DNA from: Chthonomonadales bacterium
Lineage (GTDB): Bacteria > Armatimonadota > Chthonomonadetes > Chthonomonadales > Chthonomonadaceae
Direction of reading: 5' to 3'
DNA length: 21,921 bases
NCBI GenBank assembly: GCA_038217285.1
Contig: JBBQPO010000072.1
Span: forward strand, 1 to 21,921
The notes beneath the pieces were generated by a model, which was given only the letters and a program-made list of their open reading frames with translations, did not search any database and was not told where the DNA came from. Shown here piece after piece: positions 1-9,479 of the stretch. Numbering within the stretch: the first letter of the stretch is position 1; the number at the start of each line of letters is the position of its first letter. Made by a program: the position numbers and the translations under genes.

Positions 1-202
1 CAAGGCGGCCCAAGTACCGATCATCACCCTCACGATCAAGGCGCGAATAGACTCCCCCTCCCATACTATCAGCCAAATCTCGAAAGTTTGGGTAGTTGGA
101 CGTACCACCCATCGAAATACCAGCCCCTGCAAAAACGACCAGATTACCTGACGTTTGGGCATCTAAGAGTGCATCTGGAATTTCAATCTCTCCGAAAAGC
201 AT
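1..202 (-). CDS. SIR2-like domain protein, N-terminal 67 aa only (Dsr1/DUF4020-like defence sirtuin); runs off the window edge
   Basis: Manual translation from ATG at 202: MLFGEIEIPDALLDAQTSGNLVVFAGAGISMGGTSNYPNFRDLADSMGGGVYSRLDREGDDRYLGRL. It contains the sirtuin NAD-binding motif VVFAGAGIS...P.F..L. GGAG at 210-207; alternative in-frame ATG at 220; visibly lower GC than neighbouring genes. Confidence 0.85.
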   Translation of the reverse strand, partial: MLFGEIEIPDALLDAQTSGNLVVFAGAGISMGGTSNYPNFRDLADSMGGGVYSRLDREGDDRYLGRL

Positions 203-302
203 ATTACTCCGAGTCCTCATCCCGATATCCGTTGATCCTCGTTGGGCTATTATACCCCTTAGTCGATTGGTAAGATCTATATTGGTTTCTCCTGCATTTT
301 GC

Positions 303-1175
<873 letters not shown>

Positions 1176-1200
1176 GATCTGTTCCTTTCGGCTTGCATTC

Positions 1201-2541
1201 TCAGAGTCGTTCCAGGCGCTGCCAGTAGTCGGGGAAGGTTTTGGCGACGCAGGCCGGGTTGCAGATGACAATGCCGGGCGTGCGTAGGCCGACGAGCGCG
1301 AAGCTCATGGCGACCCGGTGATCGCCGTAGGTTTCGATCTCGGCCGGGCGCAGCGCCTCGGCGGGATAGACCGTGAAGCCGTCCGGGCGCTCTTCGACTT
1401 CGACGCCGAGACGGGCGAGTTCCGTGCAGGCAGCCGAGATGCGGTCGCATTCCTGAAGGCGGGAGTGCGCGATATTGTGGATGGTCGTGGGCGAGTTCGC
1501 GAACGGGGCGATGGCGGCAAGCGTCAGGCTCGTATCGGAGATCGCGCTCATGTCGCGTTCGATGCCGCGCAACTGGCCGGGCGGCGGCCCGGCGACTGTG
1601 ATCCCCCCCGCGTCCGACGAGACCATGCAGCCCATCTCTGCCAGCACCTCCAGCGCGAACCGCACATCCCCTTGCAGGGCGTCCGCCGTCAATCCCGAAA
1701 CGGTGACCCTGCCGCCGGTGATCGCCGCCGCCGCGAAAAAGTAGGAGGCGCTGGAGGCGTCCGGCTCGATCCGGTACGATTCTTGAGCGGCATACCGCTG
1801 TCCGGCGGCGATATGGTAGCGCATCGGCACAGTCTGGCTCGCTTGTAGTTCCCCACCGGGTTGCAGGGTGGTCTGCACTCCCCACTGCGCCATCATCCGG
1901 CGCGTGATATCGACATAGAAGGGGCGCAGCGCCCCCACGATCTCCAGTGTGACGTCCTTCTGCGCGTACGGGGCGACCATCAGAAGCGCGGTCAGAAACT
2001 GGCTGCTGGCCTCCGCGCCGACCCGTGCTGTGCCGCCTCGCAGCCCGCCTTCCGCCTCGACCACCAGCGGCGGGCAGCCGGTTCCCCGCTCCGAGCGCGC
2101 CGCCACCCCGAGATCGGCCAGCGCGTCGAGCAGATCCTGCTGCGGGCGCTGCTGCATACGCTCCACGCCGTCCAGCCGATACCGTCCTGTGCCGAGCGCG
2201 GCCAGAGCCGTGAGGAACCGAACCGACGTGCCGGAATTGGCGACGAAAAGCTCCGCCCCCCTCACGGGGACCGCCCCGCCCTGCCCCTGTACGACAAATG
2301 TCTCCTTTTCTGCCTCCGCCTCGACACCGATTCCCAGCCGTCGAAGCGATTCCGCCATGACATCGGTGTCTTCGGAGAAGAGGGCGCCTTCCAGCGTGGA
2401 GGTTCCGTCTGCCAGTGCCGCCAGTATCAAGGCCCGATTGGTCAGGCTCTTCGAACCGGGAATGGGGACCGTTGCCTCGGGGACGTGCGTAAGCGGGGTT
2501 ATCGGCAGGGTCGCCGGGTAGTGGATCGTAGTGGTGGTCAT
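1201..2541 (-). CDS. aroA: 3-phosphoshikimate 1-carboxyvinyltransferase (EPSP synthase)
   Basis: Signature motifs PGSKSLTNRAL, NSGTSVRFL, SSQFLTALLM, EPDASSASYF, RLQECDRI, DHRVAMSF and CVAKTFPDYW; 446 aa, full length. Confidence 0.97.
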   Translation of the reverse strand: MTTTTIHYPATLPITPLTHVPEATVPIPGSKSLTNRALILAALADGTSTLEGALFSEDTDVMAESLRRLGIGVEAEAEKETFVVQGQGGAVPVRGAELFVANSGTSVRFLTALAALGTGRYRLDGVERMQQRPQQDLLDALADLGVAARSERGTGCPPLVVEAEGGLRGGTARVGAEASSQFLTALLMVAPYAQKDVTLEIVGALRPFYVDITRRMMAQWGVQTTLQPGGELQASQTVPMRYHIAAGQRYAAQESYRIEPDASSASYFFAAAAITGGRVTVSGLTADALQGDVRFALEVLAEMGCMVSSDAGGITVAGPPPGQLRGIERDMSAISDTSLTLAAIAPFANSPTTIHNIAHSRLQECDRISAACTELARLGVEVEERPDGFTVYPAEALRPAEIETYGDHRVAMSFALVGLRTPGIVICNPACVAKTFPDYWQRLERL

Positions 2542-3137
2542 GGAAGGTTCGCTTCGCTCCTCTGCAGGCGTTCCAGGTCGTGCGGGGTGTTGAGATTGGT
2601 GAAGGTGAGGAGAGACGGGTCGTACCGGCGGAGTTCCTCTTCAGGAATACGCAGTGTGTGCATGGTGGACAGCGCCCGATGCAGCGCTAAGCCCCCCCTC
2701 CTATGAAACTCCTGAAGCGAACGAGCTGCCGTGTTGGCATAGACAGCGCACAGTGGCTCCATTCGACCGCCAACAGAGGGCACGATGACTTCCCACTCCG
2801 GCGTCACGGAGTCGAGCAGCAGGCGCAGCACCGCAGGCTGCAGCGTGGGCATATCGCAGGCGACCGCCAGATGCGCGCCGGGGCCGAGCGCCGCCAGACC
2901 GGTCAGAATGCCGCCGAGCGGCCCGGTGTTCGGATAGAGGTCACCCACGACGCGGCAGTCCGGCAGATCGTATCTGCCCGCCCGATCCGCCACGATCACG
3001 ATCTCACCCACCAGTGGTCGTAGGGTGGTGACAACGGTTTCCAGCAGAGTCACGCCGTTCCTGCGCAGCAGGGCCTTGTCCTGCCCCATGCGCTCACTGC
3101 GTCCCCCTGCCAGCACTATCGCCCCACCGCTCGTCAT
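2538..3137 (-). CDS. mobA: Molybdenum cofactor guanylyltransferase
   Basis: Motifs IVLAGGRSERMGQDKA, GPLGGI, ACDMP, EPLCAVY and FTNLNTPHDL. Its stop overlaps the aroA start (ATGA, 2538-2541). An alternative GTG start lies at 3152. Confidence 0.92.
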   Translation of the reverse strand: MTSGGAIVLAGGRSERMGQDKALLRRNGVTLLETVVTTLRPLVGEIVIVADRAGRYDLPDCRVVGDLYPNTGPLGGILTGLAALGPGAHLAVACDMPTLQPAVLRLLLDSVTPEWEVIVPSVGGRMEPLCAVYANTAARSLQEFHRRGGLALHRALSTMHTLRIPEEELRRYDPSLLTFTNLNTPHDLERLQRSEANLP

Positions 3138-3170
3138 GGTTGCCCGCCTCACTTGCTCAGCAATACCTCC

Positions 3171-3179
3171 ATTATAGCA
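3171..3179 (-). promoter_or_regulatory. Extended -10 promoter element (TGCTATAAT) for the mobA-aroA-isomerase unit
   Basis: The reverse complement of 3171-3179 is TGCTATAAT (TGnTATAAT consensus), about 35 nt upstream of the mobA ATG. Confidence 0.55.
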
Positions 3180-3311
3180 TGAGGCAGTCCCCTCACGAGG
3201 GAGAGTAGTCCCGCGCCTCCGTGAGCATTTTCACGCCGAGAAAGTCGGCGATGATTAGCGGCCGAGGCGGGCTCTCGCTTCCGCGAGAAGCACTGCTATC
3301 CCGCGACGCAG

Positions 3312-4226
3312 TCAGGCTTTCGGAGCCGGTTTGGCGGGAAGTTCCCAGGCCTTCGGAGCGACCTTTTCGATGTTGGGCGTGATGTCGGCGCGGACATTGC
3401 CGGTCGCCCAGGAGAGTCCGCCGAGCAGGATCTGCTGAAACATCGGGTTCGTCCAGACGTCTTCACGGTGGCCCATCGAGGTGTAGAAGACGCGGCCTTT
3501 GCCGTGCCGTCGCGCCCAGGTCGCCGGGTACGGTGCGCGCTGATAGTGCGGCCCCATCATGCCCATCGTCTCCTGCACCAGCAGCACATGCAGGTCTTTG
3601 CGGAAATCTTTCAGGGAGTACCACTCCTCTTTCAGCGTGAAGTCCGTCAGCCCCTCGAAGCCGGGAAACTTCGTGTCGATCACGATCATTTTGGAGTCCT
3701 GCTGCGCGTCGTGGTGAATGAACTCCCCGCCAAGCATGGCGATATACGGATCGACCTTGTCGCCGTAGTTCACATAGCGGTCGTCCGGAGTCGGATGATA
3801 AGTGTCGGTCGCGCTATGGGTTCCCAGGAAACCTTTGCCGTTCTTGACAGCCTCGATCAGGGCCACCTTGCCCTCGGGCGTGATGGGGTTTGAGCCATCC
3901 GGGGCCGGCTTGGACAGATCGCCGGTCGTGTAGAAGAGAAAGGCGTCGTACGTCGCGATGTTTTCCGGGGTGAAGACCGCGCCGTCTTTGGTGCAGGTCA
4001 CCTCGAAATCGTGTTTCGCGCCCAGATCGGTCAGCGTCTGCTCCGCGAAACCGAGTTTGCCGCCGGTCCGTTTGATCGCCGAATGCTCGAATGTCTGCGA
4101 GCGTGTAAAGAATAGAATCCGGCGCTTTGGCGCGCCTGCCGCCTGCACCCAGCCTGTCGGAAAGGCCGACAGCCCTAAACTCAGCGCTGCCGCGCCTGCG
4201 CCCTGTAAAAACTCTCGTCGCTGCAT
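3312..4226 (-). CDS. ThuA-like (class I glutamine amidotransferase-like fold) domain protein with Tat signal
   Basis: MQRREFLQG Tat signal; RILFFTRSQTFEHS, FLFYTTGDL, GFLGTHSATDT, EEWY and GKGRVFYTSMGHREDVW; GGAGG SD before ATG 4226. Confidence 0.9.
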   Translation of the reverse strand: MQRREFLQGAGAAALSLGLSAFPTGWVQAAGAPKRRILFFTRSQTFEHSAIKRTGGKLGFAEQTLTDLGAKHDFEVTCTKDGAVFTPENIATYDAFLFYTTGDLSKPAPDGSNPITPEGKVALIEAVKNGKGFLGTHSATDTYHPTPDDRYVNYGDKVDPYIAMLGGEFIHHDAQQDSKMIVIDTKFPGFEGLTDFTLKEEWYSLKDFRKDLHVLLVQETMGMMGPHYQRAPYPATWARRHGKGRVFYTSMGHREDVWTNPMFQQILLGGLSWATGNVRADITPNIEKVAPKAWELPAKPAPKA

Positions 4227-4293
4227 CTTATTTTCCTCCCCTGAATGGTAAAATGGCACACACCGTTCACTATAATGTCTGGAGAACCCGCTT

Positions 4294-5043
4294 ATGTCTG
4301 TGCAAACATCGCCGCCGCTCTGCATCGGACTGATCCCTGCTCGCCTCGCCGCGACCCGCCTGCCGAACAAACCGCTGATCGAGATCGCCGGTAAGTCGAT
4401 GCTTCAGCATGTCTGGGAACGTGCGCGTCTTACCCCGAGCCTGACCCGCATCGCCATCGCCACCCCAGACGCCGAGATCGCCGCTGTTGCCCATCGTTTC
4501 GGCGCGGAGGTCGTGATGACCTCCTCGACCCATCGCTCGGGCACGGATCGACTGGCCGAAGCCGCCGAGGTTCTCGGGTTGCCGCCGAATGCGATCGTCG
4601 TCAATATTCAGGGGGATGAGCCGCTGCTCGATCCCGCCGCCATCGAGGCGACCGTGCAGCTTCTGCTCGCCGACCCTGACCTGCCGATGTCCAGCCTGAT
4701 GTGTCCCTGCCCGGAGATCGACCGCGACAATCCCGCCTGCGTCAAGGTCGTCTGCGCCGCCAACGGGAATGCGCTCTACTTCTCCCGCGCGCGCCTGCCG
4801 TTCCCTCGCAATGTGACCGCGACGCCGGTCATGCAGCATGTCGGCCTCTACGCCTATCGCCGCCACTTCCTGGCGACATACTCCACCCTGCTCCCGACGC
4901 CGCTCGAAGTGACGGAATCGCTCGAACAACTCCGCGTACTGGAGAACGGCTATCGCATCCGTATGGCACGCGTCGAAGCCGCGCCTATCGGCGTCGATAC
5001 CCCGGAAGATCTTGCGCGCGTCCGCCGACTTCTGGAGGGTTAG
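4294..5043 (+). CDS. kdsB: 3-deoxy-manno-octulosonate cytidylyltransferase (CMP-Kdo synthetase)
   Basis: IPARLAATRLPNKPL, HRSGTDRLAE, VNIQGDEP, ALYFSRA, HVGLYAYR, LEQLRVLENG and GVDTPEDL; TATAAT at 4271-4276 and GGAGA upstream. Confidence 0.95.
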   Translation: MSVQTSPPLCIGLIPARLAATRLPNKPLIEIAGKSMLQHVWERARLTPSLTRIAIATPDAEIAAVAHRFGAEVVMTSSTHRSGTDRLAEAAEVLGLPPNAIVVNIQGDEPLLDPAAIEATVQLLLADPDLPMSSLMCPCPEIDRDNPACVKVVCAANGNALYFSRARLPFPRNVTATPVMQHVGLYAYRRHFLATYSTLLPTPLEVTESLEQLRVLENGYRIRMARVEAAPIGVDTPEDLARVRRLLEG

Positions 5044-5164
5044 CGGAAAATTTTGTCTCCTTTGTCAACTCGGGGAGGAATTCCGGACAGGTATGCCGGA
5101 TTGTCCTTATGGTACGACCGGCCTGTCGTGGTGATGCGCCGGAAAATTTTCAGGAGGCGATTTC

Positions 5165-6166
5165 TTGTCTGATAAAGTCCGAGTCGGTATTATCGGCACC
5201 GGCGGCATCTCCGGAGGCCATGTGCGCCGTATGCTGGCGAACCCGAACGTCGAGATCACAGGGTTGTGCGACATTCGGCCCGAAGCGCTTGCATCGACCG
5301 TCGAACGGTACCCAGGCGTCAAAGACGTCCCGCAGTACAGCGATTACAAAGACCTGATAAAGGCCGGGAACGTGGACGGCGTGATCATCTGCACCCCGCA
5401 TACCACCCATTTCGAGCAGACCATGACCTGCCTGGACAGCGATCTGCACGTTCTCTCCGAGAAGCCGATGGTCTGCACGGTGGCAGACGCCTACACGGTC
5501 TTGAAAAAGATCGACGCGAGCGGTAAGGTCTTCGTTCTGAACTACCAGCGCAGTTATCAGCCGGAGTTCCTCTACATTCGGAATAAGATCGCCAGTGGAG
5601 AGGTCGGCGAGGTGCAGTTCGTGCAGGGCCTGCAGGGGCAGGAGTGGCTGCGCGCCTGCGCCAACTCCTGGCGGCACGATCCGGCTCTGAGCGGAGGCGG
5701 TCAGATCAACGACTCCGGGTCGCACATGCTCTCGATCCTGCTCTTCGTCACCGGCCTGGTGGCCGACCGCGTCACCGCCTTCATGGATAACATGACAGTT
5801 CCGGTGGACATCAACTCGGCGATCACCATCGGCTTCGTCGGCGGGGCGCAGGGCAATATCTCCATTGTCGGCAATGCGCCCTCGTTCTACGAAGACATCA
5901 CCATCTGGTGTTCGAAGGGCGCGTTCTACCTGCGCAACGGCAAACTGGAAGAGAGCGACGCGGTTGGGAAGCGCCACTTTCCGACGATGGACGAGATGCC
6001 GCAGGGCAACAATCCCGACGACAACTTCATCGCCGCCATTCGGGGTGAGCAGCAGATCGGCTCTCCCGGAATCTGGGGCCTGCGCGTCATGGAACTGACG
6101 GAAGCCGCCTGGAAATCCGCTGCCAACAACGGTGCGGTCGCTCATGTCGAACACGTCGGCATCTAA
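5165..6166 (+). CDS. Gfo/Idh/MocA family NAD(P)-dependent oxidoreductase
   Basis: RVGIIGTGGIS Rossmann motif, IICTPHTTH, HVLSEKPM and GGGQINDSGSH; TTG start preceded by AGGAGG. Confidence 0.92.
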   Translation: MSDKVRVGIIGTGGISGGHVRRMLANPNVEITGLCDIRPEALASTVERYPGVKDVPQYSDYKDLIKAGNVDGVIICTPHTTHFEQTMTCLDSDLHVLSEKPMVCTVADAYTVLKKIDASGKVFVLNYQRSYQPEFLYIRNKIASGEVGEVQFVQGLQGQEWLRACANSWRHDPALSGGGQINDSGSHMLSILLFVTGLVADRVTAFMDNMTVPVDINSAITIGFVGGAQGNISIVGNAPSFYEDITIWCSKGAFYLRNGKLEESDAVGKRHFPTMDEMPQGNNPDDNFIAAIRGEQQIGSPGIWGLRVMELTEAAWKSAANNGAVAHVEHVGI

Positions 6167-6188
6167 CGCACACAACGAGTCACGATTT

Positions 6189-6225
6189 GCCCCTGTTCCT
6201 CTCTATATCAGTGAGAGACAGGGGC
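6189..6225. terminator. Hairpin between convergent genes (probable terminator)
   Basis: GCCCCTGT (6189-6196) pairs with ACAGGGGC (6218-6225), with further imperfect inner CTCTC/GAGAG pairing. Confidence 0.55.
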
Positions 6226-6302
6226 GAACTGTTTAGGCTCCCAAGACTCGTCGCAAGTCATTGAGTAAGAGGAACAGAGTATATCTCGACATACTCAACA
6301 AT

Positions 6303-6584
6303 TCACGCGTTGCGGTACTGCGCCATCAGCGCCGACATCCTGTCTGCCTCCTCCCGGCTGCTTTCATACAGCACGACACGCCTCGCCACGCGCATCTGCC
6401 AGAGCGCCTCTTGCCCAGGATAACCGAGTTTTCGGCCAAGAAGGTACATCGCTTCGGCAAAACAGGGCCACGTCGTCACAAGCGGCATCGTGACCCTGGG
6501 CAGGGCGTTCAGGCACTGTTTGTGCGGTTCGGGCTGACCGTTATCGAGCAGCGCGACGAGAGGACCCGCATCGCAGAGGGTCAT
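6303..6584 (-). pseudogene. PIN-domain (VapC-like) toxin, C-terminally truncated
   Basis: MTLCDAGPLVALLD (first PIN Asp) and TTWPCFAEAMYLL (PIN Glu), ending ...LMAQYRNA* at 93 aa. The MDLADA...TLD.DF tail expected in this family is not found in any downstream frame. Confidence 0.75.
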
Positions 6585-6895
6585 ATCCTGAAGCCCTGTT
6601 TGCGGTACTTCTCATCAAGGATATCCCCGAAGGCTCGCTCTTGCGGATCGGTTGAGGGCAGGAACTGCTCTTCGGGCCTGACCTGCTGGCTATCAAATTT
6701 GCCGATAAAATCCTTGAGCGCCTCGAAGGCAGATTCCGGCTCGGGCGCGCTTTGCACTGTGTCGCCCGGAGGGTCCAGTCGCAAGGCATCGCGGAGGAGA
6801 CGTGCCGCCGCAGACGCCGTATCCTGTCCTTCACGCATGGCGATTGTGTAAAGACGTGCCTCTTCCTCCGGTGTCAATTCAATCGTAATGCTCAT
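6581..6895 (-). CDS. Putative antitoxin (ribbon-helix-helix-like N-terminus) of the PIN toxin
   Basis: MSITIELTPEEEARL...G......ARLL; acidic C-terminal half; ATGA overlap with the PIN gene; AGGAGG SD at 6910-6905. Confidence 0.75.
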   Translation of the reverse strand: MSITIELTPEEEARLYTIAMREGQDTASAAARLLRDALRLDPPGDTVQSAPEPESAFEALKDFIGKFDSQQVRPEEQFLPSTDPQERAFGDILDEKYRKQGFRI

Positions 6896-6989
6896 TGGGT
6901 GAAACCTCCTGTCTCAGTATATCATACCTCCTACAACCCGAGGTCTTATCCATCGTTCCAGATTACGACGCCGACTGGAAAAAGGCAGG

Positions 6990-8125
6990 CAGGGGCCGAC
7001 GGTCGGGAAAATCAAAAAGGTCAATGAGTTTCTGTGGGACGCCGTCCAGTCTTTTCAAAAGACGGATTTTCCGACCGCGATTGGGGAGGCGCTGCCCTGG
7101 GTAGGACTGGTCGGGCATGCGCTCGCGGAAGTCGTCGGCCCGGTCAAATTCATTGTAAAGCTCTATGAAAATGCCACCCGGATCCCCGATCCGAACGAGC
7201 TGGCCTACCTGGCCTGTACCCTTGCTTATCAACGTGCAGTCGAGCAGTCGATAAAAGTGCTGCCGATTTCGCACCCCCTGCGCCCGCTCTCCGACGCCGA
7301 CCGACAACGATTGAAAGCCCTCGCCTTCCCAGACAACCTGGATTTTGCACGGTTCACCTTCGCCAATGCGCTGGAGCACCCGTTCCTCACAGCAGCGGAC
7401 GCTATGCTCACCCAGTATGTGGAGGCCATCGGTTATGAACCGGCGGAGGGTCGCGTGCTCCTCTCCCAGGTACATCTCCGGTTCCTCGGCATTTTCAAAA
7501 CCCTGTTGGCGCATGGCGATACCCGTGAACGATTCGCTCCCCTGACAGAGGCGATACGCCTTGGTTCCGGAGAACGGCAGGCTGCGGAAGCGCTGCTGGA
7601 ACACGCGGACTATCAGCGGTGGCTGTTTGAGGAGCAACCCGTCTTTGGCAAAGAGCCGTTTGCGCTCAAGCATGTCTATATCGATACCGAGTGCGGAGAG
7701 CTGACATGGGGCGTGATTCGTGACGGTGAGAGGGACGAGGGAGACGTAGAGGAGGGCAAACAGCGGCGATTGGACCCCTTCCACGAGAACAGCGCGAAAC
7801 GAGTTCCTCTGCTCGACACGGTGCTCGACAAGATCGGCGATCCGAAGTTCCGGGATGCTATCATCGTGCAGGGCGTCGCCGGAGCGGGGAAATCCTCCTT
7901 TACCCTGCGTCTCTGCGCCGAACTGCTGCGACAGGGTTTGCGTCCCATTCGCGTTCTGCTGCGTGATCTTCGGTTTGATCGCCCGGTTGAAGAGGCGCTG
8001 GCGCAGGCAATCCGGCTCGGGGAAGAGGCCTACAGTCCTACCATGTTCGGCAACTCGCGCCCGGATGAGCTGTTCGCAGGGGGCGTGATCTTCAAAGAAC
8101 AGATTCGCTTTGGAACCTCTCTCTG
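6990..8125 (+). pseudogene. NACHT/STAND NTPase-pentapeptide repeat protein, 5' fragment (N-terminal helical region plus Walker A)
   Basis: The frame is open from 6903 to 8192. Protein-like sequence begins near 6990 (KIKKVNEFLWDAV...ELAYLACTLAYQRAV), well upstream of the first GTG at 7257. It has the pre-NACHT LKHVYID motif and Walker A IIVQGVAGAGKSSF. No Walker B occurs before the frame degenerates after FGTSLC. The start coordinate is approximate. Confidence 0.75.
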
Positions 8126-9427
8126 CGTCTGGGCCTCGAAAACGACGCACTGGAAGAGACCGCCCATCGGTCGACGAACGAAAACAAACTGAGTTCGCTG
8201 ATGATTAGTTTCTACTTCAAGGGAGGGCATCGGGAACTGGGCTGCGAGTTCCTGCATAAGTCGTTTCGTGAGTACCTCTTTGCCGAGGGAATCGTCGAAA
8301 CACTCAAGAATTACGCCGGTACGGTGGCATCCCCCTTGCCCGAACGCAATCTGTATTGGAAGGATTTCGACCAGAGCGACCCGCGTTTTACGCTGACCCG
8401 CAATCTCTCGGAACTCCTGGCGGCACAGTGGCTGAGCAGAGAGGTGGTGGCACATCTGGAACAGTTGCTTGGCTGGGAGATCGGACGGCAAAAAGCGCGT
8501 ATGGATACAAATCGGCCGGGGCGGCCGACAGAGCGCCTGGACATTGCGGGCTGGGAGCATGTACGCGATGGGCTGGCGGAGGTGTGGGACTGGTGGGCGG
8601 AAGGAGTGCCGCTTCGATCCCAGCCCAAACGCAACGTGCGGCGACAGATCGAATTCGATCCTCCCTATGCGGACGAACTGGCGCAACTGACAGTTCCGCG
8701 TGACCTCAGACCGAACTCTGAATACCCCATTCCGGCGCGCTCGACTACCATAGATGCCCATCTTGGAGACGGTCTGTTCCGCCTCTGCGCCTGGACACAT
8801 TATCAGGTCGCTCTTCAGCGCAACTGGCTTCATAGTGGCCAATCCAAACGAAAACCCGCACAGTTATGGGATGGTGTAACCAACATTGGAGAAGGTCCGC
8901 GCCGGTATCAGGCCTGCATTACGCAAGGATCTGAGCAATGGATACTTTTCTCCCCGTCCGGGAAGAACTCCGAATACTATGCAAACTACGTAGCGCGCAT
9001 CAACGGTGCGGGTTGGAGACCTTCCGGTTCCTTCCCTCTCGGCTGTAATCTTAGCGGCATCGATCTACGCAGAGCAACGGTGACCATCGCGATATCGGCG
9101 CATATACCGCGTGGTATCGTGATATGGAGACATGCAAACCTCTCATCCGCCAACGCGGGTGGAAGCCTTTTCTATTTCCATGATGCAAGAGAGATGCTCG
9201 CCACGGGAATCATCTTTTGGTTGGGAATGCTAGACTTTTGCAATCTCAGCTATGCCGACCTTACAAACGCCCGCCTTACCCACGCCCGCCTTCTACATGC
9301 TAACCTTACAAACGCCGACCTTACAGAAGCTGACCTTAGAAATGCCGACCTTACAGAAGCTGACCTTACAAACGTCGTTGGTAAACACCCCAATATCAAA
9401 TCTACCCGTGAGGGGATATCCGGTTGA
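8123..9427 (+). pseudogene. NACHT/STAND NTPase-pentapeptide repeat protein, 3' fragment (winged-helix region plus pentapeptide repeats)
   Basis: The frame of ORF 8201-9427 extends upstream as LRLGLENDALEETAHRSTNENKLSSL-MISFYF. It contains the STAND winged-helix motif CEFLHKSFREYLFAE and C-terminal A(D/N)LxX pentapeptide repeats. Confidence 0.75.
9242..9373 (+). repeat. 15-nt periodic coding repeat (pentapeptide repeats) including a near-perfect 30-nt tandem duplication
   Basis: GCCGACCTTACAGAAGCTGACCTTA is identical at 9314-9338 and 9344-9368; the region encodes ADLTN ARLTH ARLLH ANLTN ADLTE ADLRN ADLTE ADLTN. Confidence 0.9.
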
Positions 9428-9479
9428 CAAGCGGAAGACCTGACCGACGCCGAGCGGTGGAACAGGGGCAAAGCGATGT

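Noticed and set aside
8120..8200. Programmed ribosomal frameshift joining the two NACHT frames
   Set aside because: There is no clear slippery heptamer at the junction, and a frameshift would not restore the missing Walker B region.
6963..8842. Long minus-strand ORFs 6963-8150 (395 aa) and 8030-8842 (270 aa)
   Set aside because: They are antisense shadows of the NACHT fragments with no recognisable motifs.
9242..9373. Repeats as a CRISPR array or DGR template/variable pair
   Set aside because: The strict 15-nt period matches pentapeptide coding; there are no spacers and no reverse transcriptase.
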